Assembly (NCBI GenBank): GCA_002311835.1
Contig: DBZY01000013.1
Span: 6,664-60,913 of the forward strand
Direction: 5' to 3'
DNA: 54,250 nucleotides
Origin: Proteobacteria bacterium UBA1148
Lineage (GTDB): Bacteria; Pseudomonadota; Gammaproteobacteria; Steroidobacterales; Rariloculaceae
The notes below the pieces were generated by a model that did not search any database, was not told the DNA's origin, and was given only the letters and a program-made list of their open reading frames with translations. The position numbers and the translations under genes are program-made. This document shows positions 26,643-36,036 of this stretch, one piece after another; the first letter of the stretch is position 1, and each line of letters starts with the position of its first letter.

Positions 26643-27569
26643 TTACGGATCTAACGAAGCCAGATATGCTGCGATTGCAATCATATCGTCTTCGGTAAGG
26701 CTTGCTACGGTCGCCTGCATGAGAGCAGTCTGAACACCCGCACGATCGCCAGTCTGAATGTCGTTGAGTTGCCGTACGGCATAGAGTGGCGAGATTCCGC
26801 GGATGGATGGAATTTCGCCAATACCTCGTAACTCGGCGCCATGGCAAATAGTGCAGGCAATGGTCCGGCCATCCCCGCCCGTTGTAATCAACTCCTCGCC
26901 TCTCGCCAGACTACCCACCGGCACATAGGCGATAAAACCCGCGTAAGGATGCTTTGCAGTGACGAGCTCGCGGTTTTGAGGAAGTTCAACAATACGGTTA
27001 CCGAGTAGTTCGGTGCCACCGCTAGAGTCGCGAAAGCGCATGCGGCCGTCCCCCACGTAACTCCTCGGTACTGAGTCAGCCTCGACCACCTCAACCCAAT
27101 CGATGGGCTCGATTGCAGTGTAATACTCAGCGGCTTCACGCGTAGCTTCGACCGAAAGCTCTCGCGCGAAGTCATTCATCCAATACCGGTCCTTCCTGGC
27201 GCCGCTCCTAAAGTCTTCCATCTGGCGCATAAAGTATTCGACTGGGAGACCGGCTAGTTGCGACGATTCAGGATGCCCCATACCTGATGTTAAGTGGCAG
27301 GACGCGCACGCTCGAACGTTCCCGGGGCCTCGAGCGACAACTGCCGGTAACGGCGAATGATCGTTGGGAAACCAGTCCGGCGGATTCCAGTCATCGTCGA
27401 TCTCCGCTTGACTGTAGCTTCGGGAGCTGCCGGGCACCATTCTCGGGGCGTTTATATCGATCTCGTTTGGAGGAATCGTTTCGACAACCTGATATGCCCA
27501 TTCCTGAGCAACACCAGTAGTGGAAGTAACAAGCCATACTGTGGCGAGTAACGCGATCGTGCTCTTCAT
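26643..27569 (-). CDS. periplasmic diheme c-type cytochrome
   Basis: 308-aa ORF with a signal peptide and two CxxCH heme motifs (CASCH, CTICH). It starts 7 nt after the upstream paralog B gene. Confidence 0.85.
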   Translation of the reverse strand: MKSTIALLATVWLVTSTTGVAQEWAYQVVETIPPNEIDINAPRMVPGSSRSYSQAEIDDDWNPPDWFPNDHSPLPAVVARGPGNVRACASCHLTSGMGHPESSQLAGLPVEYFMRQMEDFRSGARKDRYWMNDFARELSVEATREAAEYYTAIEPIDWVEVVEADSVPRSYVGDGRMRFRDSSGGTELLGNRIVELPQNRELVTAKHPYAGFIAYVPVGSLARGEELITTGGDGRTIACTICHGAELRGIGEIPSIRGISPLYAVRQLNDIQTGDRAGVQTALMQATVASLTEDDMIAIAAYLASLDP

Positions 27570-27576
27570 GGAACGT

Positions 27577-28245
27577 TTAACTCAGCACACACGCTGCGTC
27601 GCGATCGATATCGTCCGCACGCACGTAACTGTGTTGGACGTTCAGCGAGAATGTATAGTACTTAGGATCAATGAGGTTGATATCCACGGTAAGGTGGTTG
27701 TGGTCCTCACTCAACCTGTAACGCTCAACCATCTGGGCTATCGAGCCACCGAACGGCAACGGCCGCTCACCTGATTTGAATACACCTTCAGAGAAATGCG
27801 TAGTTCGTATCACGAGCATATCTCCAGCCCAACGCGCCGTTGACCAACCCAGTCTGCCCGGCATGAAGGTCACCGGTGGCTCAAGCCAGAAATCCATGTG
27901 AACACGGCGCGTTCTACCGAATGCGGACAGGTCGATCGTCTCGCCCCGGTCAACAATCTCAAAGTCCGCCGCCTCGCCCGCCAAAGCTCCTGCCATTAGA
28001 CATGAACCAGCGTCTGCGTTAGCTTGGTATGACGCCCGGAAGGCCTCACCCGGGTCACGTAAATTACTCTCTGCCACTGAGATGAACCGTCGTTGTTCAA
28101 GTGTCTCTGTACGACTTGCATTATCTTCAACCCACAACCCCTGCAATGTCGACTGTAAGGGGTGAGGCTCCTGAGCAAAAACCGAAGAACTCTCCCAGTT
28201 CACTAGAAACACTAATGAGCTGAGTAGTGACCACTTCGAGATCAT
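27577..28245 (-). CDS. uncharacterised secreted protein, W(E/D)GDTLVV-motif family (paralog B)
   Basis: Shares LQGLW, RRVHMD, LGWSTARWAGDMLVIRT, RPLPFGG and ERYRLSED with 28296..28970. ATG at 28245 has an upstream AGGAG/AAGGAG and yields a clean signal peptide. The ORF track extends to a TTG at 28299. Confidence 0.7.
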   Translation of the reverse strand: MISKWSLLSSLVFLVNWESSSVFAQEPHPLQSTLQGLWVEDNASRTETLEQRRFISVAESNLRDPGEAFRASYQANADAGSCLMAGALAGEAADFEIVDRGETIDLSAFGRTRRVHMDFWLEPPVTFMPGRLGWSTARWAGDMLVIRTTHFSEGVFKSGERPLPFGGSIAQMVERYRLSEDHNHLTVDINLIDPKYYTFSLNVQHSYVRADDIDRDAACVLS

Positions 28246-28295
28246 TCTCCTTGTTCTCCTTGAAGCTTCTTGGTCGATCGCACTAACCAACCAAT

Positions 28296-28970
28296 TCAAT
28301 AAATACTCGGCACGCAGTCAATGGCGAAGATAGTCCTATTCGACCGAACGAAGGTGTGACGCATTTCAATAGGTGCAATATAGTACTTTGCATCGATACG
28401 CGTTACATGTAGAGACAACGTATTAAGATCATCGCTCAAGGTATAGCGTTCAATCATTTCGGCGTCGGGACCACCGAATGGAAGTGGTCGATTACCCGTA
28501 TCGATCGTGCCTTGTGTAAAGTCATTTGTTCTCACCACTAAGGTATCTCCGTCCCAGTGCCCCTCGGACCAACCCAACTTGTTCGGCCAGAAGTCGTTCG
28601 GCGGGTCACGCCCATCCATATAGACACGCCGCACCTGTTCAAATCCAACTAAGTAGAGTACTTCTTGCGTGTCGAGGAACTCCAGGGTATAGCCAAACCC
28701 GCCATGCGCCGCCGCCGACCTCCGCTGACATGTCGCAGTATTATCATTTTCCTCGATAGCCCATCGCCGTCGAAAATCCTCAGCCTCTGCCGTCAATAGT
28801 GCCTCTGCTGCCATATCGAGCATGTTCTCGCTTGAGGCACTGCCGTTTCTTGGCTGCTCCCAAAGACCCTCCAAAACCGCTTGCAATTGATGAAATTCCT
28901 GAGCGAATGCGCTACCCACTGTACCCAGGAGGAACGTCAACAGGAGAATCACGAATCGCTTGAAAATCAT
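28296..28970 (-). CDS. uncharacterised secreted protein, W(E/D)GDTLVV-motif family (paralog A)
   Basis: 224-aa ORF with a signal peptide (LLTFLLGTVGSAFAQE). Motifs are LEGLW, RRVYMDG, LGWSEGHWDGDTLVVRT, RPLPFGG and ERYTLSDD. Confidence 0.7.
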   Translation of the reverse strand: MIFKRFVILLLTFLLGTVGSAFAQEFHQLQAVLEGLWEQPRNGSASSENMLDMAAEALLTAEAEDFRRRWAIEENDNTATCQRRSAAAHGGFGYTLEFLDTQEVLYLVGFEQVRRVYMDGRDPPNDFWPNKLGWSEGHWDGDTLVVRTNDFTQGTIDTGNRPLPFGGPDAEMIERYTLSDDLNTLSLHVTRIDAKYYIAPIEMRHTFVRSNRTIFAIDCVPSIY

Positions 28971-28985
28971 GGTGGGCTCAGTTTT

Positions 28986-29429
28986 CTAATCCGCTTCCGA
29001 AGCTCGTAGGTACCGGTCCAAGTTACCCCGAACCTCCCTGCCATCCTCAAACGTAAACTGAATCAGAGCCATCACTGGCCTGCCGGAAAAAGCAGGGAAG
29101 CCCAAAACCGTCACTCTAGAACCCACGGGCAGGGTATCCCTGTTCCAGCCCCGTTCCGTCATACTTCGCGCTGCACCTGTTTCTATCGCCCAAGCCACAG
29201 CGTCGCCCTGCTCGTCTTCAATCTCCAAAGTAATTCTTGAATGCGGGTTAGCTATTCTTACTTCGGTAATCACACCCTCAACGGTTACTCGCGCCCGAAC
29301 ATCGAAATAGGCGTTAAAGTTATGGTGAGTGTAACCAATGGACGCGACGAACAACCAGCCAAGACCCGCAAACAAACCACTCATCGCTATTCTAGAGATC
29401 ATTGATACAGACCATACCCTCGAAACCAC
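28986..29429 (-). CDS. small secreted HH...NPH-motif protein (DUF6152-like; family name from memory)
   Basis: The ORF has a hydrophobic leader followed by THHNFNAYFD-x-ANPHSRITLEI. It is a paralog of 47594..47965. The start is uncertain; ATG at 29402 is an alternative. Confidence 0.7.
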   Translation of the reverse strand: MVSRVWSVSMISRIAMSGLFAGLGWLFVASIGYTHHNFNAYFDVRARVTVEGVITEVRIANPHSRITLEIEDEQGDAVAWAIETGAARSMTERGWNRDTLPVGSRVTVLGFPAFSGRPVMALIQFTFEDGREVRGNLDRYLRASEAD

Positions 29430-29529
29430 TAAAATGGAACTCAGTGGCTCATCTCTGAAAATACTTAAGTCGGTTTAGATGCACCAGTCAGGTATTATTA
29501 AGTCTCAAAATCAAGAATTTTGAAGAACC

Positions 29530-30564
29530 ATGAACCCATCGATTAACATCCGGTTAGCTGCAACATTAACTGTTGCCATAGTAGCTGGGTGCAGCGGTAA
29601 CCTTGGGATGCTCGAGCTCAGTGGGTACACCATGGGAACCAGCTATTCGGTTAAAGCCGTGCGTTCAGACGCATCAATTTCACTCGAACCACTGAGTAAC
29701 CGCATCAGTGTCCGCTTGGAGGAACTGGAGAATCTGTTCTCTACCTATCGCGAGACATCTGAAATCAGTCAATTTAACGCCCATGCCGGCAATGAGTGGT
29801 TCGAGATCCATCCAGCCTTTCTAACAGTGCTAACGAGGGGAATAGATATCAGTGAATTTTCTGATGGAGCATTCGATATAACGGTTGGCCCATTGGTAGA
29901 GTTGTGGGGTTTCGGGGCAAGTAACTCGATCAATATGGTTCCGACACAAGCGGAGATCGATTCCATGCTAAAGGTAACTGGATTTAATTACGTTGAAGTC
30001 CAATCATCACCGCCAGCCATACGCAGAACCCAGTCTGGCGTCAAGCTTGATCTATCCTCCATTGCAAAAGGATTCGCTGTAGACGAGATCTCTACACTGT
30101 TGGATAGTTCTGGCCTGACCTCTTATATGGTTGAGATAGGTGGAGAAGTGCGTGCCCGGGGCATGCGGGCCGATGGCAGTAATTGGCTGATCGGTATTGA
30201 AAATCCTATCTCAATAAATGGACTAACAGACAGCATCCAGGATGTCGTCTATCTGCGGGATGCTGCCATTGCCACGTCGGGCGATTATCGGAATTACTTT
30301 GAATACGAAGGTAACCACTACTCCCACACACTTGACCCTCGGACTGGCTGGCCAGTTTCCCATGGACTCACATCAGTCAGCGTCATTGAACGGTCGGCAA
30401 TGAACGCCGATGCCCTTGCAACAACACTCATGGTGCTAGGCCCTGAACTGGGCCTACAGCTTGCGACCCGTGAAAATATTGCAGCCCTACTGATTCTGAG
30501 AGCTGATGGGGAATTGAAAATTTTGCAGTCACCAGCTTACAAAACATATCTTGCAAATCGCTGA
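29530..30564 (+). CDS. apbE: FAD:protein FMN transferase (ApbE family lipoprotein)
   Basis: 344-aa ORF with a lipobox (IVAGC). MGTSYSVK follows just after the leader, and SSIAKGFAVD and TSGDYRNYFE are ApbE-like strings. Confidence 0.85.
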   Translation: MNPSINIRLAATLTVAIVAGCSGNLGMLELSGYTMGTSYSVKAVRSDASISLEPLSNRISVRLEELENLFSTYRETSEISQFNAHAGNEWFEIHPAFLTVLTRGIDISEFSDGAFDITVGPLVELWGFGASNSINMVPTQAEIDSMLKVTGFNYVEVQSSPPAIRRTQSGVKLDLSSIAKGFAVDEISTLLDSSGLTSYMVEIGGEVRARGMRADGSNWLIGIENPISINGLTDSIQDVVYLRDAAIATSGDYRNYFEYEGNHYSHTLDPRTGWPVSHGLTSVSVIERSAMNADALATTLMVLGPELGLQLATRENIAALLILRADGELKILQSPAYKTYLANR

Positions 30565-30639
30565 TGGTTGATTGGCCATTCGTCCGAACTCAAAACTTCA
30601 AATATAATTCATTCATCTTTTTGACTCATAGGAACCCAC

Positions 30640-31389
30640 GTGGGAATCATTACGCCAACCAATAAGACAGCTACAACGCTCACAGGACTACATCTTTATC
30701 ACTTCAGCAAATCTAACTGTTCTATGCGCGTACGCATAACACTGGAAGAAAAATGCGTGCCTTGGGTCAGTCACCATCTGGACTTGCACAAAGCCGAGAA
30801 CATTACCCCCGAGTATTTTGATATTCACCCTAAAGGATTAGTACCAACCCTGGTGCATGATGGTGTCGTCATTATCGAGTCTACCGACATCATCTATTAC
30901 CTTGATGACGCGTACACTAACCCACCGCTTCGACCAAAAAATAAGCTTGATCAGAAAAAAATGCTCGGCTGGATGCGTCTAGCAGCAGACCATCACATCC
31001 ATGTAAAAACGTACATGTTTGCAAACCAGATCGGGAAAAGTATGGCCAAAAACGAATCCGAACTGAACTTTTATCGCCAACTACAAAAAAACGAAGAGCT
31101 ACTTGAATTTCATATAGAAAACTCATTGCCAGAGGGCTTATCCAAAAAGCGCATAGCCAAAGCGATAAAAAAACTAAATAACTGCTTTTCGAGAATAGAG
31201 CGTAAGCTGGAAGAACAAGAATGGACTGCTGGCGATGCCTTCTCTCTATCAGACATCACTTGGATACCGCTGTACGTTACTTTGCATAGTGCCAAGTTCC
31301 CATTCGAAAATTACCCAAATATTATTCGTTGGAAAGAGGCTATATGGAAGCGCCCCAGCTTCCAAAAAGCAGTATTAGAATGGACGTAA
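30640..31389 (+). CDS. glutathione S-transferase family protein
   Basis: 249-aa ORF with a thioredoxin-like N-domain (LYHFSKSNCSMRVRITLEE...GLVPTLVHDGVVIIESTDI) and a helical C-domain. GTG start in the ORF track. Confidence 0.75.
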   Translation: MGIITPTNKTATTLTGLHLYHFSKSNCSMRVRITLEEKCVPWVSHHLDLHKAENITPEYFDIHPKGLVPTLVHDGVVIIESTDIIYYLDDAYTNPPLRPKNKLDQKKMLGWMRLAADHHIHVKTYMFANQIGKSMAKNESELNFYRQLQKNEELLEFHIENSLPEGLSKKRIAKAIKKLNNCFSRIERKLEEQEWTAGDAFSLSDITWIPLYVTLHSAKFPFENYPNIIRWKEAIWKRPSFQKAVLEWT

Positions 31390-31430
31390 AAGGTTAATCG
31401 TTACTGACATCCTAGAGCAAAATATTTTAC

Positions 31431-33413
31431 TCAACCAAACAATATGGAAGGATGGAAGAGCAACCGCATCAGTTGCCCATAAAAACCCCAAACAATTAAC
31501 AATGCAGCACTGGAGTAGATTGCCACCGTCGTCCACTTATAGTTACCCCAGATTACCAAATACCCGGCCACGAAAAGCGGTAATGCCACAAGTTGCCCAG
31601 CCAAATAAGCTATTCCAATCGTGGCAAGAATAAACCCGATGAATACCAGACTGGGTTTTAGATTCGCCTTATCCGCTGCAACATTCCAGGCACGGCGCAT
31701 GCCCCCACCCGAGGTGATAGATGCCCAGGCTGCTCGACCATCTTTTACAAGAATCCAAAATGACAGCGGCAGTGCAGTCAAGAGAATAATGTGTGGAAAC
31801 TGAGCAGTTGCTGCCCCTTGGAAGCCAAGCGTGACAAAATATCCAATAGAAAACATTACAAAAAGACCAACAGCCAACGGCGTGGAAATTAGGGCATTAC
31901 GGGTTGCGCCCTCACCAGCCTCGGATGATTGATCCCCTTGTGGTTTTAGGGCGCTTTTTATGGCAAATACAAAAGTAATAATGATTAGAATCTCAATCAA
32001 AACCACCACTGGTCGGTTGTAGAGCCAAGCGTAATTCCCATAGATTTGCGTAGTGAGTTGAAAATTATTTTCCATCAATCCCCCAAGCACTAAAGCCAAT
32101 ATCAGGGGTGGTCGCGCCCAACCGCCCTGCTTCATCCAATAACCAAGCACACCGAATACTAGGCAAGTCCACCAATCACCCATGGAGTTTGTTGCTACCC
32201 AGGTGCCCATCAGTAATACCACCATAACGCCCGGTACGATGAGGTGACCTGGCAAAAACGCGATTTTGTGGATGTGTCTACTAAGAAGCATCAGAAGGCC
32301 TGCGGCGACTAGATTTGCAATGACTATCGCCCAAACCATGCTAAAGGTAAGAGGGAGATTAACTGTCAACATATCTGGCCCCGGCCGTAAACCTTTGAGC
32401 ACCAACGCACTCAAAAGTATTGCCGTGCCAATACTGCCAGGAATTCCAAACGCTACCGTAGGAATTAATGCCCCCGCCTTGTGGGCATTGTTCGCAGTTT
32501 CAGGAGCGATGACACCTCGAATATCGCCCTGACCGAACTGTGTTTTGTCCTTGGAACTCTGTACGGCGTGACCATATGCAATCCAGTCCACTATTGCCGC
32601 ACCTAACCCCGGCAACATACCAATGTACGTACCAAGAAATGCACATCGCAGAACTAACCAACGATGATGAAACGCATCCTTTACGCCCTGAAGTAAACCA
32701 GTGGTTGGGTCCTCACTGCGAGCCACACGTGAGATTGAGGTATTTTGAACAGCCAGTTCCATGAGCTCTGGAATACCAAATAGCCCAAGCACGATAGGAA
32801 TAATCGGCACACCATCTAAAAGGTAGTTCACTCCAAAATAGAACCTGGGTACCCCAGTAGCATCAGCGTAACCCACAGTAGTCAACAACAAACCTAAAAG
32901 AGCCACTGTGAGGCCCTTCAAAAGCGAACGCCCGGAAAGCACGCCAACCATGGTGAGGCCAAGCACGGCAAGCATAAAAAACTCGGGCACACCAAAAGCA
33001 AAGATGACCGGCAAGATAATAGGCAAAGAAACCGCTAACAGAACTGCGCCCAGCACTCCACCGAAAGCTGAGACCGTGTACGTTGCACCAAACGCGCGCG
33101 CAGCCTGTCCCTTTTTTGCTAAAGGATAACCGTCCAGAATAGTAGCTTGCGAGGCAACGGTACCCGGAATCCCTAGCATAATCGACGCAATGCTGTCGCT
33201 TGTGGAGGTCACTGCATACATACCGAGAAGCAGTGCAAAAGCCGGCACCGGGTCCATGCCGAATGTGAACGGTAACATCAAAGCCAGCCCAACTGCGCCA
33301 CCGAGTCCTGGTACCGCCCCGATCCATATCCCAAGAAACACGCCAAGCATTAGATAACCGGGTGTAGGCCAGCTTAGGGCTAACTCAAGTCCACTCAGCA
33401 TTCCTTCAAGCAT
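31431..33413 (-). CDS. tctA: tripartite tricarboxylate transporter permease, TctA with a C-terminal TctB-like extension
   Basis: 660-aa polytopic ORF with a TctA-like N-terminus (GAVPGLGGAVGLALMLPFTFG...). That is about 150 aa longer than typical TctA. The tail has about four extra TM helices, and no separate tctB ORF is present. Confidence 0.8.
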   Translation of the reverse strand: MLEGMLSGLELALSWPTPGYLMLGVFLGIWIGAVPGLGGAVGLALMLPFTFGMDPVPAFALLLGMYAVTSTSDSIASIMLGIPGTVASQATILDGYPLAKKGQAARAFGATYTVSAFGGVLGAVLLAVSLPIILPVIFAFGVPEFFMLAVLGLTMVGVLSGRSLLKGLTVALLGLLLTTVGYADATGVPRFYFGVNYLLDGVPIIPIVLGLFGIPELMELAVQNTSISRVARSEDPTTGLLQGVKDAFHHRWLVLRCAFLGTYIGMLPGLGAAIVDWIAYGHAVQSSKDKTQFGQGDIRGVIAPETANNAHKAGALIPTVAFGIPGSIGTAILLSALVLKGLRPGPDMLTVNLPLTFSMVWAIVIANLVAAGLLMLLSRHIHKIAFLPGHLIVPGVMVVLLMGTWVATNSMGDWWTCLVFGVLGYWMKQGGWARPPLILALVLGGLMENNFQLTTQIYGNYAWLYNRPVVVLIEILIIITFVFAIKSALKPQGDQSSEAGEGATRNALISTPLAVGLFVMFSIGYFVTLGFQGAATAQFPHIILLTALPLSFWILVKDGRAAWASITSGGGMRRAWNVAADKANLKPSLVFIGFILATIGIAYLAGQLVALPLFVAGYLVIWGNYKWTTVAIYSSAALLIVWGFYGQLMRLLFHPSILFG

Positions 33414-33551
33414 GCTGATTCTGTTTCCTAACCACGCCGTCCTTTCATGCCGGCAAGGTTTGCGCTCTTAACTCGTACTCTGGTTACAGGGAAAAAAGCG
33501 AATTGTGATATTAGTGTGGTTAATTTATGAGCGCTTGCACCAACGAACAGG

Positions 33552-34664
33552 TTACCGCACTTCATCGATATAGGCTTCCAGAAAAGCTGTAACGTCCTCG
33601 GGCACGTCATACAAGCTTCGGAGGATTTCTGTCCCCTCCTCAGCTCCAACCAAGGGCAAACTAAATCCGTACATTGTCTGCTCTTCCGCCTTATATTCTG
33701 GATCTTCAGTTACTTTCACAAAGCTTTCGCGGAGAATACTCACCCTCTCCTCTGGAGTCTCAGGCGGCAACAGCGCCGCATACACGATATTATTTACCCG
33801 AGGCAGTATCCACTTATACATCTCGTATATCCGACCTGAAGGCGGAGAACCGTGCACTTTCTCGTAGAACTCCATGTAACTCGGAATATCAGATACGACT
33901 TCTAGTGGCTCTACATTACCGGCAGTATCCGCAGAAGGATTATGCCAAAGAGGTATCGCGAGCCCTTCGTTCACTAACGTGGGTTCGATGGAAAAGCGAT
34001 ACAACCCCAAAGAGGCTACTTGAATATCCACCTCACCACGACGCACCGCATTAAAAACATCGGCTCCACCCGAGAACCCCGTGACATACTGATACTCAAC
34101 ACCAAGTGCATCCAATGCAAGTCGACCAAGAAGATCAAAACGAACCACAGGATTCTGCCCACCGAATCGTAGCCCCTCGGCACTCAGAAGCTCCTCGGGG
34201 CTCGCTACCTTCTCGGTGCGAACATAGGCCATATTTGGACTCAGCAACCCCCCCACGAAGGGCATCGTAGAAAAATTAGCACGAAGCCCAGGTTCCTTGA
34301 GAATAGCCGCCGCCCCGTTAGTCGGAGAAAAAAACACATGCAGACCGTCATTTGCCGCAACTTCTGCACCGTAGTTCCACACCCGCGTACCCCCCCCACC
34401 AGGCAGGTTACGAACAATAATGGTTGGCTCACCTGGAATGTAGCGCGACCAGAACTGAGAGAACACACGCGCTGCAAGATCAGCTCCGCTACCCGGTGTT
34501 CGACCGACATAGAGCGTGAGCGTCTTACCCTGGTAGTAAGGTTGGTCCTGGGCATAGGAGGGGGTTACCACGCCTACAATTGCGATTACTGTGATAATCG
34601 CAATCGCGGGAACAGGCAGAAAAAATGGCAATTTGCTCTCGATTCTTATTTGTCCCAGTACCAT
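33552..34664 (-). CDS. TctC/Bug-like periplasmic substrate-binding protein
   Basis: 370-aa ORF with a signal peptide. GRTPGSGADLAARVF...IVRNLPGGGGTRVWNYG mirrors the Bug/TctC N-terminal binding motif. It lies upstream of tctA. Confidence 0.6.
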   Translation of the reverse strand: MVLGQIRIESKLPFFLPVPAIAIITVIAIVGVVTPSYAQDQPYYQGKTLTLYVGRTPGSGADLAARVFSQFWSRYIPGEPTIIVRNLPGGGGTRVWNYGAEVAANDGLHVFFSPTNGAAAILKEPGLRANFSTMPFVGGLLSPNMAYVRTEKVASPEELLSAEGLRFGGQNPVVRFDLLGRLALDALGVEYQYVTGFSGGADVFNAVRRGEVDIQVASLGLYRFSIEPTLVNEGLAIPLWHNPSADTAGNVEPLEVVSDIPSYMEFYEKVHGSPPSGRIYEMYKWILPRVNNIVYAALLPPETPEERVSILRESFVKVTEDPEYKAEEQTMYGFSLPLVGAEEGTEILRSLYDVPEDVTAFLEAYIDEVR

Positions 34665-34687
34665 CCATCATTCCTTATAGACGCACC

Positions 34688-35662
34688 TTAATATACCCGG
34701 TTTGCAGCTAGCTCGCCTCGCTCTAACACTCGCACCACATTCTCCCACGCTGTATTGAATAGGTATGCCCAGGATTGTCGGGTCACACCAGCAACGTGAG
34801 GAGTAAATAAGATGCGCTGCGCTCCTTCACCCCTCAAAGATAGTAGAGGATTTGAATCTGACGGCGGCTCCTCAGAGTACACATCTACAGCGGCGCCACC
34901 AATCTCACCCTGAGCTAGACTCGCGGCTAAAGCTGCCTCATCAACGACACCACCCCGCGCAGCATTGATCAAAACAGCATCTGGCTTCATCCTCATAAGC
35001 TCCTTAGCACCGATTAACCCTTGAGTCTCGGGGAGCAAGGGGACGTGCAAGGTCACAATATCTGCAACATCTAAAAGCTCTGATAACGAGCTAGAACGTG
35101 CGCCGAGTTTCTCCGAAACCGCTGGATCAAAATAAATAGTAGAACACCCCATGCGCTTAAACGCTTCGGTGACTGCTAGCCCTATGTTACCAAGACCCAC
35201 GATACCTACGGTGAGACCCGCAATGCCCTGTAGGCTATCAGCGATCATCCGAGTCCGGACAGATTGGTAATTTCCCTCACGAATTTCCCGGTCGGCCCAC
35301 GCGATGCGTCGATGAAGTACCAACGCGCAAGCCACTACATACTCTGCAAGCGCACTGTTCGAACCACCGGCAACATTTGCAACAACAATTCCCAACTTTT
35401 TCATGGCCGCCTCGTCAAGGCGATCAACACCTGCGCCTGTCACCTGCACCAGCCGTACCGCGCTATCCTGAAATAGTGCACCCTTAAGCTTCGGTCCAAC
35501 TGCAGGTATAACAAGGGCATGCGCCTGTTTCACCAGCACAGGCATATTCCTATCATCGGGCGAGATATAGGTAATGGATAACTGCCCCGGAGGCGTGACA
35601 CCAACTTTCAGAAAGTCAGCTTCTGGCCGTAGACAGACCACACTGTAGGTTTTCACCAACAT
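34688..35662 (-). CDS. D-isomer-specific 2-hydroxyacid dehydrogenase (NAD-binding)
   Basis: 324-aa ORF with the Rossmann motif GIVGLGNIGLAV and a downstream NAARGGVVDE. 1-nt TAATG overlap with the cupin gene. Confidence 0.85.
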   Translation of the reverse strand: MLVKTYSVVCLRPEADFLKVGVTPPGQLSITYISPDDRNMPVLVKQAHALVIPAVGPKLKGALFQDSAVRLVQVTGAGVDRLDEAAMKKLGIVVANVAGGSNSALAEYVVACALVLHRRIAWADREIREGNYQSVRTRMIADSLQGIAGLTVGIVGLGNIGLAVTEAFKRMGCSTIYFDPAVSEKLGARSSSLSELLDVADIVTLHVPLLPETQGLIGAKELMRMKPDAVLINAARGGVVDEAALAASLAQGEIGGAAVDVYSEEPPSDSNPLLSLRGEGAQRILFTPHVAGVTRQSWAYLFNTAWENVVRVLERGELAANRVY

Positions 35663-36021
35663 TAACCGTGACTCTCAAGATCAGCAACAGGGAAAAAACA
35701 TAACAGCATTAGTGCTATATCACCGGTATTACGAGTGTAGTGAGACTCTTTAGAAGGGACCAGAATTGCGTCCCCCGCTTCTAATGGATGCTCGCCATCG
35801 GCTGTACAAAATACACCTTGCCCGGAAATCACATAAATGCATTCTTCACAATCCGGATGAAAATGGGGTACACGTGCTGGAGCATTGACTGTCTCAACAG
35901 GGATCTCAACAAGTCTTAGCGTAACGGCATCTGACCCAGAGCTACCGGAAACGATCTCCTTAGATACCCTCCCCCGCAGCCCGAGATCCTTAGCTTCGCC
36001 AGACTTGATGATACGCGCCAC
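35662..36021 (-). CDS. cupin domain protein
   Basis: 119-aa ORF with the cupin metal motif PHFHPDCEECIYVISGQG. Confidence 0.75.
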   Translation of the reverse strand: MARIIKSGEAKDLGLRGRVSKEIVSGSSGSDAVTLRLVEIPVETVNAPARVPHFHPDCEECIYVISGQGVFCTADGEHPLEAGDAILVPSKESHYTRNTGDIALMLLCFFPVADLESHG

Positions 36022-36036
36022 TAGGCAGCGCCCCTC

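Noticed and set aside
27012-27029. DSSGGT in the diheme cytochrome as a possible ApbE flavinylation site.
   Set aside because: It is only a near match to the [S/T]GA[S/T] motif (Gly replaces Ala), and its conservation is unknown. I mention it as a test target, not as a feature.
32863-33327. 154-aa minus-strand ORF in an alternative frame of tctA.
   Set aside because: It is on the same strand but out of frame with a continuous 660-aa permease. The Arg/Cys-rich translation is not membrane-like.
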